Shown here: positions 27,200-35,239 of the stretch, in pieces | Numbering within the stretch: position 1 is the first letter of the stretch | Layout of the letters: each line of letters begins with the position of its first letter | Source of the DNA: an uncultured Myxococcales bacterium | Lineage (GTDB): Bacteria; Myxococcota_A; Polyangia; Palsa-1104; JAEUJZ01 | Assembly (NCBI GenBank): GCA_937879845.1 | Contig: CALFML010000356.1 | Span: forward strand, 1 to 63,764 | Length of the DNA: 63,764 bases | Reading direction: 5' to 3' | The notes under the pieces: generated by a model | Seen by the model: only the letters and a program-made list of their open reading frames with translations | Told to the model about the DNA's origin: nothing | Database searches by the model: none | Position numbers and translations under genes: made by a program

Positions 27200-28503
27200 C
27201 CACCTTGCAAACGAAGCTGCGCTGGCTGTTCCTATTAGGCGTTCTGTGGTGCGGGCCGGCGATGGCCGACCCCGCTGCAGGCGGTGAGCCGCTGACCATG
27301 GCGCAAGCGGTGGCCACGGCGCTTACGCACAACCGCGATGTGATCGCGGCGCGGCTCGACATCGAGACCGCCCAGTACGACCGCATCGCCGCCAGCGTGT
27401 ATCCTAACCCCGTCCTCTCCTACAACCTGGGCAACATCGTTCTCGGCGATGCCAACCCGCAGTATCCGCCGATCCCGCAGCCCGGACCGTTTGGTCAGAC
27501 GCAGCACAACATCAGCATCAGCGAAGTGATCGATGTCTGGGCCAAGCGCACCGCCCGCATGCGCGCGGCGGAGCAGGGAATCGCCGCCAAGCGGCTGCAG
27601 GTCGAAGACGCCCTGCGGGAGGTCGTGTATCAAGTGCGCAGCGGCTTTCTCGATGTGCTGCGGGCGCAAGACGGCCGCGAGCTGTCGCATGAGACCAACG
27701 GGCGCTACGCCGAGACCGTACGCATCACCCGCTCGCGCTTTGCCGCGGGCGACATCTCGCAGAACGAGCTGCGCAAGATCGAGCTGGAGAGCCTGCGCTA
27801 TCAGACCGCGATGATCGATGCCGACAGCGAGTACGATCTGGCGCGGCACAAGCTCGCCGTCCTCATGGGTCTTGGCAGCGCCGATGCCTTGCCGCAGGCG
27901 GTGGCCTATGCGCCGGCGCGCGGCGCGGCGGAGGGCGTGTCGGTGCTGCTGGAGCGCGCGGCGCAGCAGCGGCCCGACTTTCTTGCGGCCCGGCAGTCGC
28001 GCTTAGCGGCGGCCGCCACTTTGAACTCGGCCAAGCGCGAAGCGCTGCCTGATATTTCGCTGAGCATAAACTATACGCACAGCGAGTTTACCGCCTCCGG
28101 AGATAACCCCAACTCCCTGGGACTTGGGATCTCCCTGCCGGTGCCGCTTTTTGACCGCAACCAGGCCAACATCGGCCGGGCGCGGGTCGATGAGCGGCGG
28201 GCCGATAACTCGATCGAGCGGGTGTGGCTGCAGGTGCAGCAAGAAGTGACGGGCGCGGCGCGGCGGGTCGCCCGGTCGCAGCAGCTCCTAGAGGCGTTCG
28301 AAGCCGGCGGCATGGCGGAGCGCGCCGAAGCCGCCCTGCGGGTGGCCGAGCGCTCCTATCAAGCCGGTGCGGCGTCGCTGTTGGAGCTTCTGGAAGCGCA
28401 GCGCACCCACCTTGATACCAAAGCTTCGTATCTGCGCGCCCAACATGAGTACCGGCAGAGCCTCATCGAGGTCTCGCACGCCGTGGCAGGAGAGGTGAAG
28501 TGA
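27196..28503 (+). CDS. TolC-like outer-membrane efflux factor (CzcC-like)
   Basis: ATGA overlap with the permease gene. Signal peptide, then two OEP-type repeats with coiled-coil segments. Confidence 0.85.
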   Translation: MTTLQTKLRWLFLLGVLWCGPAMADPAAGGEPLTMAQAVATALTHNRDVIAARLDIETAQYDRIAASVYPNPVLSYNLGNIVLGDANPQYPPIPQPGPFGQTQHNISISEVIDVWAKRTARMRAAEQGIAAKRLQVEDALREVVYQVRSGFLDVLRAQDGRELSHETNGRYAETVRITRSRFAAGDISQNELRKIELESLRYQTAMIDADSEYDLARHKLAVLMGLGSADALPQAVAYAPARGAAEGVSVLLERAAQQRPDFLAARQSRLAAAATLNSAKREALPDISLSINYTHSEFTASGDNPNSLGLGISLPVPLFDRNQANIGRARVDERRADNSIERVWLQVQQEVTGAARRVARSQQLLEAFEAGGMAERAEAALRVAERSYQAGAASLLELLEAQRTHLDTKASYLRAQHEYRQSLIEVSHAVAGEVK

Positions 28504-29636
28504 TGCGGACTGCAAAAATTCTTTCGGATTTGCTCTGGGGTTTTTGTCTGGCTCTGCTTATTCCGACCGCGGCGTGTCAGCATGCGCAGAGTGAAGGGCC
28601 GGCGGAAGGCGAAGCCCGGCCGTCGCGGCGGCTGGAGCCGGGCAGTCCGCGGCTCAAGTACGTCAAGATCGAGACGGTGCAGGAGGCGACCGCGGCGGCG
28701 CTGGTCAGCCTCACCGGGCGCATCGGCTTCAATGAGGACCGCACCCAGCGCGTCGCTTCGCCGATCGACGGCCGCGTCACGGCGCTCCTGGTGCAGCCGG
28801 GCGACAAGGTCAAGGTCGGCCAGCCGCTCATTGAGCTTAGCTCTCCGACCGTGGGCCCGCTGCAGGCCGATGCGCTCAAGGCGGCGCAGGACCTGGCCCT
28901 GGCGCAAAAGTCCGGCGAGCGCGGACGCAAGCTGATGGCCGATGGGGCGATCTCGACCAAGGAGCTCTATCAGATCGAGGCCGACCTGCGCAAAGCGACC
29001 TCGGATGTGGCGCGGACCACGGCGCAGCTGCGGGCGCTCGGCATCTCGGCTACGGAGCCGGCGGTGGCGGTGTCGCTGCGGGCGCGAATAGACGGCACGG
29101 TGGTCGAGCGCCCGGCGCTGGTCGGCCAGGAGCTGCGCGCCGATGCGGGCGCGGCCCTTGTGACGATTACCGATCTCTCCACGGTGTGGGTACTGGCCGA
29201 TGCCTACGAGCAGGATCTGACCTTGGTGCAAGTGGGCGCGCGCGTAAACGTACACGTACCGGCCTACCCCAGCGAGTCCTTTGCCGGCAAGGTCGTCCAC
29301 ATCCACGACACCGTGGATCCAGAGACGCGCACGGTCAAGGTCCGCTGCCTGCTGGAGAATCCGGGCGGACGCCTCAAGCCGGAGATGTTCGCCAAGGTGG
29401 AGCTGAGCAGTTCAGAGGGTCCCAAAGCCATCGTCATTCCGACCATGGCGGTGCTCAACGACGGCGATCAGAGCATCGTTCTTGTCGTCGGTGAAGACCA
29501 AGCCTTCAAGTCAGCGAAAGTCCAAGTCGGCCCGGAGCACCTGGGGATGGTGCGGGTCCTGTCGGGATTGAAACCCGGACAGCAGATTGTCACCCAAGGG
29601 GCGCTGTTCCTGCAGCGCGAGCAGGCGACTCCTTAA
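28500..29636 (+). CDS. RND periplasmic adaptor (membrane fusion protein, HlyD/CzcB family)
   Basis: GTG 28500 or ATG 28503 overlaps the upstream stop. Lipoyl-like GRVTALLVQPGDKVKVGQPLIELSSP plus hairpin and beta-barrel segments. Confidence 0.85.
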   Translation: MMRTAKILSDLLWGFCLALLIPTAACQHAQSEGPAEGEARPSRRLEPGSPRLKYVKIETVQEATAAALVSLTGRIGFNEDRTQRVASPIDGRVTALLVQPGDKVKVGQPLIELSSPTVGPLQADALKAAQDLALAQKSGERGRKLMADGAISTKELYQIEADLRKATSDVARTTAQLRALGISATEPAVAVSLRARIDGTVVERPALVGQELRADAGAALVTITDLSTVWVLADAYEQDLTLVQVGARVNVHVPAYPSESFAGKVVHIHDTVDPETRTVKVRCLLENPGGRLKPEMFAKVELSSSEGPKAIVIPTMAVLNDGDQSIVLVVGEDQAFKSAKVQVGPEHLGMVRVLSGLKPGQQIVTQGALFLQREQATP

Positions 29637-29855
29637 AAACCTCAGCCAGCTCAAGCCGCGGCGTCATCGCCTATTCCGTAGCGAAGCACGTCAAGGTCAC
29701 GTCGACCCCGAGATCAGATAAGACTGAATAACACCAGCAGCTCTACTGCGATAAGACAGGTAGGAAGGAATCGTTTCCTCGCGGGTCTTGGCGGTACCTG
29801 ACAGCAGTACATATCGTGCGGAAGGTAGGGGGGCGAGACGGGGCAGTCAAGTAAG

Positions 29856-29902
29856 GCGGGCTGGCGTCCTTAGGAGGGTTTGTGCGGCGGACGCCAGCCC
29901 GC
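29856..29902 (-). terminator. Strong hairpin (14-bp perfect stem, 19-nt loop) 20 nt after the M4 protease stop codon
   Basis: gcgggctggcgtcc (29856-29869) pairs perfectly with ggacgccagcccgc (29889-29902). On the minus strand it is followed by cttactt. Confidence 0.55.
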
Positions 29903-29921
29903 GCGGGGGAGCGGGGAGAGG

Positions 29922-32459
29922 CTACTGCGTGATCGTCAGGGCCGCGTCATCGACGAAGAAGCTCGTGGCCAGGAGCGCATCCTCAACGCCCTTGAAGTGG
30001 ACGCGGATGGTCTTGCCCTTGTAGGCCGCAAGGTCGAACGTCTTCTGCGAGTAGGCGCCGGCATCGACGTTGCTGTACGTTCCCAGGGTTCCCAGCACGG
30101 TGCCGGCGGAGTCCTGCACCGTCACCGTCAGCTTGTCATACACCTTGGTGCCGGTCTCCTTGGTCTCGATGGCGAGCCAGAAGGACAGCTTGGCGCTGCA
30201 GGCGGTGGCCGGGATGGCTACCTGCTGGTACATCGTATCGGTGTGCGTCCGGCCGTAGCCGTTCATCCAGCCGACCCACGCGCCGCTGTGGGCGTTGGTG
30301 GCGTCGTTGTTGTCGATGACGCCGCCGCTGGTCGTCCAGCCGGTGTCGCCGGCTTCGAAGTCGGCGTTGGTGAGGAGCTGGCTGGTCGTGGTGCAGCTGC
30401 CGGTCATGTTGCTGACCGTCACGCTCACCGCGGCCGAGGTGCCGACGTTGCCGGCCGCATCGTAGGCCTTGCTGGTCAGCGCGTAGGTGCCGTTGGCCAC
30501 GGTGGCGGAGTTCCACGAAAGCGCGTAGGGGGCGGAGGTGTCGCTGCCGATGAGCGTGGTGCCGGCGTAGAACTCGACCTTGGCGACCGCGATGTTGTCG
30601 CTGGCGTTGGCGGTCACGTTGACGGTGCCGGTGAGCGTGGTGCCGGCGGCCGGTGCGGTGAGCGAGGTGGTCGGCGCGGTGGTGTCGGTGCCGCCGCCGC
30701 CGTGCGCCTTGCCGACGTTGATGGCGGCAAAGGCGTTCTCGACCGCCGCGTACTCATCGCTCGTCGCGCCGTACAGATCCGTGGCCGCGGCAAGGAACGC
30801 GGTGCGGGCCGCGGCGTAGTTGGTGCTCGAGGTCATCTTGACGGTCAAGGCGCGGAAGGCGATGCGCGCGGCCTTGTCGTTGGTGATGCCGGTCATGCCG
30901 GCCGGCATGTACGAGCTATACGCATCGTCGGTGGCGACGCTGCTCGAGCCCTGGCTGAGGAAGTAGAAGGCGCGGTTCATCGGACCGCTTGAGTAGTGGA
31001 CATCGAGTCCGCCGACCGAGGTCGACCAGGCGTTGGGGCTCGCCCCGTCCTTGCTCGGCTTTATCATGAAGCGCAGCGGGGTGGTCGAGAGCTGATCGCC
31101 GATGAGCCAGTTGCCGCCGGTGTTGCCGATGGTGGAGCCGCTGCCGCCGCGCGAGTAGAACTCGACCATGGTGCCGTTGATGTCGGACATCGACTCGTTC
31201 AAGCCGCCCGACTCGCCGCTGTAGGTGAGGTTGGCGGTGCGCGAGGTCACGCCGTGCGTCATCTCATGGCCGGCGACGTCGATGCTGGTCAGCACCTTGA
31301 AGGCGCTGCCGTCGCCGTAGGTCATGCAGAAGCAGGTGTCGTCCCAGAACGCGTTGTCGTAGTTCTTGCTGTAGTGGACGCGGTTGTATGTCGCCTTGCC
31401 CGCGCCGTCGATGCCGTTGCGGCCGTGGACCTTGGAGTAATAGTCGAAGGTCTGCTCCGTGCCGTAGTGCGCATCGACGCCGGCGGTCTGGCCGTTGTCA
31501 TTGGTAGTGGAGCCGCCCGAGGTGTAGTTCTTGCCGTCGCCCCAGGTGTTGTCCGGATCGCTGAAGATGGTGCCGGTGCCGCTCGTGCCGTGGTTCAGGT
31601 TGTAGGTGGCGATGTTCATCGACCGCGCGATGTCGCGCAGCTCGAAGCCGCCGGTGATGCTGTTGGTGCCAAGCTGCACCGTCGCGCCGCTGTACTCGGA
31701 GTTGCCGGTGCCGGTCGCCGCGGTGGTGAGCAGCGTGTTCCACTTCTTGAGGATGGTGCCGTCGTGCGCGCTTATGATGTAGTCGGTGTGCCGGGTCTCT
31801 TGCGCCCCGTTTTCCAGCGCCGTGCGGACGTAGTAGGCCAGCGTGTAGCGATCGACCACGCGCTCGATGTCCTCGGCGTTGAGCTCGCCGCCGCTGCCGC
31901 GCAGGAGGGTGGCGCGCGGGTGCTCGCTGATCTCGGGATAGACGATAAGCTCGACGCTCGGCGTGCCGGCGTAGGGGCCGCGCGGCTTCAGATCGGCGTG
32001 CGTGATGCTGAGGATCTGGCTCGGGCTCAGGGTCGGAACGGTGGACAGGTTGGCCGCCGCCTTGAGCGTGTGAATGACCGAGCGCGGCTCGCTCTGCGGG
32101 GACAGCTCGACGATTCCCTCGCTCTCCCAGATGCGTACGCCGCGGTAGGTCTGGTCAAAGCGCAGGTGGGTCAGTCCGAACTCATCGACCACGGCGCTGC
32201 GCGCCTGGAAGTTGTGGTCGGCGCTGAGGTTGAGGCTCGTGCGCAGCGCCAAAAGGTGCTCGCTGCCGCGCTGGATGAACGAGGCCATCCGCGGATCGCT
32301 GCGCAGCGACTCCGCAGCCTTCTCGATCGAGTTGTCTTGCGGGTCCTCCACGTCCTTTTGCGGGGTGCAGCCTTGTGCAAGCAGGAACGCCGCCGCTGCG
32401 GTCAGCGGCAGAGTCAGATCGCGATGGATGCGCGTGATGAACGAGAGCGTCTTTTTCAT
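29922..32459 (-). CDS. Secreted M4 (thermolysin-like) zinc metalloprotease with C-terminal Ig-like and carbohydrate-binding-like domains
   Basis: Lipobox or signal LLAQGC. FTP/PepSY-like propeptide. Catalytic motifs VAGHEMTHGV (HExxH) and GGLNESMSD. The C-terminus carries tandem beta domains. Confidence 0.9.
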   Translation of the reverse strand: MKKTLSFITRIHRDLTLPLTAAAAFLLAQGCTPQKDVEDPQDNSIEKAAESLRSDPRMASFIQRGSEHLLALRTSLNLSADHNFQARSAVVDEFGLTHLRFDQTYRGVRIWESEGIVELSPQSEPRSVIHTLKAAANLSTVPTLSPSQILSITHADLKPRGPYAGTPSVELIVYPEISEHPRATLLRGSGGELNAEDIERVVDRYTLAYYVRTALENGAQETRHTDYIISAHDGTILKKWNTLLTTAATGTGNSEYSGATVQLGTNSITGGFELRDIARSMNIATYNLNHGTSGTGTIFSDPDNTWGDGKNYTSGGSTTNDNGQTAGVDAHYGTEQTFDYYSKVHGRNGIDGAGKATYNRVHYSKNYDNAFWDDTCFCMTYGDGSAFKVLTSIDVAGHEMTHGVTSRTANLTYSGESGGLNESMSDINGTMVEFYSRGGSGSTIGNTGGNWLIGDQLSTTPLRFMIKPSKDGASPNAWSTSVGGLDVHYSSGPMNRAFYFLSQGSSSVATDDAYSSYMPAGMTGITNDKAARIAFRALTVKMTSSTNYAAARTAFLAAATDLYGATSDEYAAVENAFAAINVGKAHGGGGTDTTAPTTSLTAPAAGTTLTGTVNVTANASDNIAVAKVEFYAGTTLIGSDTSAPYALSWNSATVANGTYALTSKAYDAAGNVGTSAAVSVTVSNMTGSCTTTSQLLTNADFEAGDTGWTTSGGVIDNNDATNAHSGAWVGWMNGYGRTHTDTMYQQVAIPATACSAKLSFWLAIETKETGTKVYDKLTVTVQDSAGTVLGTLGTYSNVDAGAYSQKTFDLAAYKGKTIRVHFKGVEDALLATSFFVDDAALTITQ

Positions 32460-32547
32460 CTGGTTTCCTTTTCCCGTTGCGCCAGCTCGACAAGGAGTGA
32501 CGGCAGTTCGCCTAAGAGCGTGAGATAGCTTTGGGAATAGGCCCTAG

Positions 32548-32563
32548 AGCAAATTTTGCGCCA
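32548..32563 (-). promoter_or_regulatory. sigma54-type -24/-12 promoter candidate (TGGCGC-N5-TTGCT)
   Basis: Minus strand reads gcTGGCGCaaaatTTGCTct, with one mismatch to TGGCAC-N5-TTGCW. About 90 nt upstream of ATG 32459 of the M4 protease gene. Confidence 0.55.
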
Positions 32564-32583
32564 GCTGCGGGAGCTGACCGGAA

Positions 32584-32952
32584 CTAGCGCGAGCGAAAAA
32601 TCCGCTCGTCGGTGCGCGCCTCGCGGGAGGAAAAAGGAGGCCGTGCTGCGGGGTCTGTGCTCCCAGCAATGGCCGACTTTCTGACCCCGGGCGGGGGGGA
32701 CGCCCCCAGGGGGGAGCCGCGAGCTTGCAGCCCGGGAGCTACAAAAAAGGAGGCGCTGACGATTGACTCGGTTTTTAGACCGCAGCGGGATGATTCATCG
32801 CTGGCTTTGAACTCAAAGGGGTAGCTCACGCGCAGCTCGCCGCCGTCATCGGGAGCTGGGAACTGGGCGGCGTACAAGGTCTCTTGCAGGCACTCCTTCA
32901 TCCCGGCATCGGTGATGGTGCTGGCGGCGGCGTCGATCGTGCTTGCGGTCAC
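32584..32952 (-). pseudogene. Possible remnant of a TonB-C/AgmX-PglI-like C-terminal domain gene
   Basis: Only the first ~48 codons look protein-like (..DAGMKECLQETLYAAQFPAPDDGGELRVSYPFEF); the rest is low-complexity. The frame is open upstream but has no ATG or GTG and runs into the start of the 33071 gene. Confidence 0.25.
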
Positions 32953-33070
32953 CGGGCCGCCGATGCCGGTATATGCCGCCCCCGCGCAAAGTGTTGGCGG
33001 AAACCGAGCCGACGGCGCGACAGCGCTCTCCTTGCTTTTGCCCGCCGCGGCAATTCTATAGATTGAAGAA

Positions 33071-33463
33071 ATGAACCCTTGGCTTGCGCGGCTGCGCCAC
33101 GATTTGTTAAAGCCCGCCCTGTGGTGCGTGCGCGACCTGCGCGACAGCGGACGCCTGGATGATGCGGCGCCGCTCGACGCGGCGGATCGGCGCGCGCTGC
33201 GCCGCAGCTTGCTGGAGCTTTACGACGGCGAAGGGCGCCGCGTCACCGCCGCGGTCTTATGGCGCGAGCTGCGCGCCGACAGCGATGCCGCCGCCGCGGC
33301 GCTCGATGCCTTCGAGACTGCGGTCGCCGCGGCGGAGGCGGCGGCGGTCGCCGACCTTGCGGCGGGCGACCGGGATGCAGGCAGTCGGCCTTCTCTGCTC
33401 CTCGCCGCGGTGCTGCGCCTGGAGTCAGCATTCTTATTGCTTGCGCAAGAGATAGATAGGTAA
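33071..33463 (+). CDS. Small helical protein with H-box-like N-terminus (hypothetical)
   Basis: ATG 33071, high third-position G+C, stop 7 nt before the activator gene. WLARLRHDLLKPALW resembles a histidine-kinase H-box. Confidence 0.55.
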   Translation: MNPWLARLRHDLLKPALWCVRDLRDSGRLDDAAPLDAADRRALRRSLLELYDGEGRRVTAAVLWRELRADSDAAAAALDAFETAVAAAEAAAVADLAAGDRDAGSRPSLLLAAVLRLESAFLLLAQEIDR

Positions 33464-33469
33464 AGACCC

Positions 33470-35239
33470 ATGCCGCGCCTCCTCGTCATCGACGATCGCG
33501 ATCACACCATCGAGATGTGCCACCGCCACCTCGATCGGTTCGACTATCTCACCCGCTGCGACCGCCGCGTGCCGTGCCAGGTGTGCGAGGAGCGCGACCG
33601 CGGCTGCCCCCTCAAGTGCGCCCATGACTACGGCGAGGCGGCGGAGGTGCTGGCGCGCAGCGATGCGCTGCCGGATCTGGTCGTGCTCGACCTGCACTTC
33701 GCGGTGCCGGAGGAGCGGCTGTTACCGGAGGACAAGAGCCACCTGCCGACCGAGCCGCCGGCCCGGCGGCGCGAGCTGGAGCTCCTGCGCCGCCGCCAGG
33801 GCCTGCTCATCTTGGAGCGCCTGCGCCATGAGTACCCGACCCTGCCGGTCGTCCTTCTGACTACCACCGACACCGAGCTGCCGCAGCGCCCGCCGAGCGA
33901 TCCCCTGGTCTACTTCTGCGAGAACGAGATCGTCGACAGCCGCACCCTGGCCGGCGAGATCACGCGCGCCCTGGCGCTGCACCACCAGGCGCAGGAGGGA
34001 CCGATCTTTTGGGGCCAGAGCCGGCCGATGGCGGAGCTGCGCGGCGCGCTCACCACCCTTTCGCGCTCGCCGCTGCCGGTGCTCTTGCAGGGGGAGACCG
34101 GAACCGGCAAAAGCTACCTCGCCGAGCACTTCATCCACCCGCGCTCCGGCACCAAGGGCCCGCTCATCATCACCGATCTCAGCACGATTCCGCCGGCGCT
34201 GCTGGCCGGCCACCTGTTCGGCTCGCGGCGCGGCTCCTACACCGGCGCGGTCGAGGATCACGCCGGCGTGTTCGAGCAGGCGCACGGCGGCACGCTTCTA
34301 TTAGATGAGATAGCGAATCTCGATCTGGACATGCAGCGCCAGCTGCTCCTGGTCATCGAGCGCGGCCAGGTGACGCGGCTCGGCGAGGTGCGGCCGCGGC
34401 CGGCGGTGGTAAAGCTCGTGGCGGCGACCAACCAGGATCTGGCGGTGCTCGTGCAAAAAGGCCGCTTCCGCGCCGACCTTTATATGCGGCTAAATCCCGC
34501 CACCCGGCTGTGGGTGCCACCGCTGCGCGAGCGGCGCGAGGATCTGCCGGAGCTGTTCCGCTACGCCCTGCTCAAGGCCCTGCAGAGCGAGGCGCTGCGG
34601 CCGCTGTTGCGCGATTTCCTCGCCCGATTTCCCACGCCGGAGGACTTTCGCGAAGACAACAGCGTGGTGGTCTTCGGCAAGCCCGACGTGCGGCTGGCAC
34701 GACGCGACGCCTTTACGATCTTTTTGAGCCGGCGCAGCCTGGCGCAGCTTGGCGCCTACGACTGGCCCGGCAACCAGCGCGAGCTCAAGATGCTGGCGAC
34801 CAGCGCCGTGGTCTTCACCCTGGTCGAGCACCTCGACAGCGCGGCGACGGCGGGCAGCAAGTCGGCGGCCGCGGCGCGGGCGCCGGCGATCCTGGCGATT
34901 TCCGACAAGCGCATCGAGCACCTGCTCGGGCAGAACCTGGCGCTCAATGCGGCGGCGGGCGGCACCGAACAAAGATCCGCGGCAGAGCCGACGGCCGCGG
35001 CGGAGCTTGGCCAAGAGGGGGCGCAGGTTACGGTCCAGGTTCGCCCCGGGCCGAGCTTCGTCAAGATCTCGACCGACGTCGAGCGGCAGTACTTCCGCGC
35101 GCTGTTCGCGGCCACCGGTGGCGATCTCGAACTGATGGCGAAAAAGCTCCTGGGTCCGGACGGGGCGGCGCGGCAGGTGCATCTGCGCCTCAACCAGCTA
35201 GGCCTGAGCCTGCGTGAGCTGCGGGGAGCGCGCTCATGA
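33470..35239 (+). CDS. sigma54-dependent transcriptional activator (NtrC-family EBP) with atypical receiver-like N-terminal domain
   Basis: AAA+ motifs: GETGTGKS, GSYTGA (in place of GAFTGA), GGTLLLDEI, RADLYMRL, PLRERREDL. C-terminal Fis-type HTH. The N-terminus has LLVIDD..LVVLDLHF..VVLLTT with a Cys cluster and an insert. Confidence 0.9.
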   Translation: MPRLLVIDDRDHTIEMCHRHLDRFDYLTRCDRRVPCQVCEERDRGCPLKCAHDYGEAAEVLARSDALPDLVVLDLHFAVPEERLLPEDKSHLPTEPPARRRELELLRRRQGLLILERLRHEYPTLPVVLLTTTDTELPQRPPSDPLVYFCENEIVDSRTLAGEITRALALHHQAQEGPIFWGQSRPMAELRGALTTLSRSPLPVLLQGETGTGKSYLAEHFIHPRSGTKGPLIITDLSTIPPALLAGHLFGSRRGSYTGAVEDHAGVFEQAHGGTLLLDEIANLDLDMQRQLLLVIERGQVTRLGEVRPRPAVVKLVAATNQDLAVLVQKGRFRADLYMRLNPATRLWVPPLRERREDLPELFRYALLKALQSEALRPLLRDFLARFPTPEDFREDNSVVVFGKPDVRLARRDAFTIFLSRRSLAQLGAYDWPGNQRELKMLATSAVVFTLVEHLDSAATAGSKSAAAARAPAILAISDKRIEHLLGQNLALNAAAGGTEQRSAAEPTAAAELGQEGAQVTVQVRPGPSFVKISTDVERQYFRALFAATGGDLELMAKKLLGPDGAARQVHLRLNQLGLSLRELRGARS

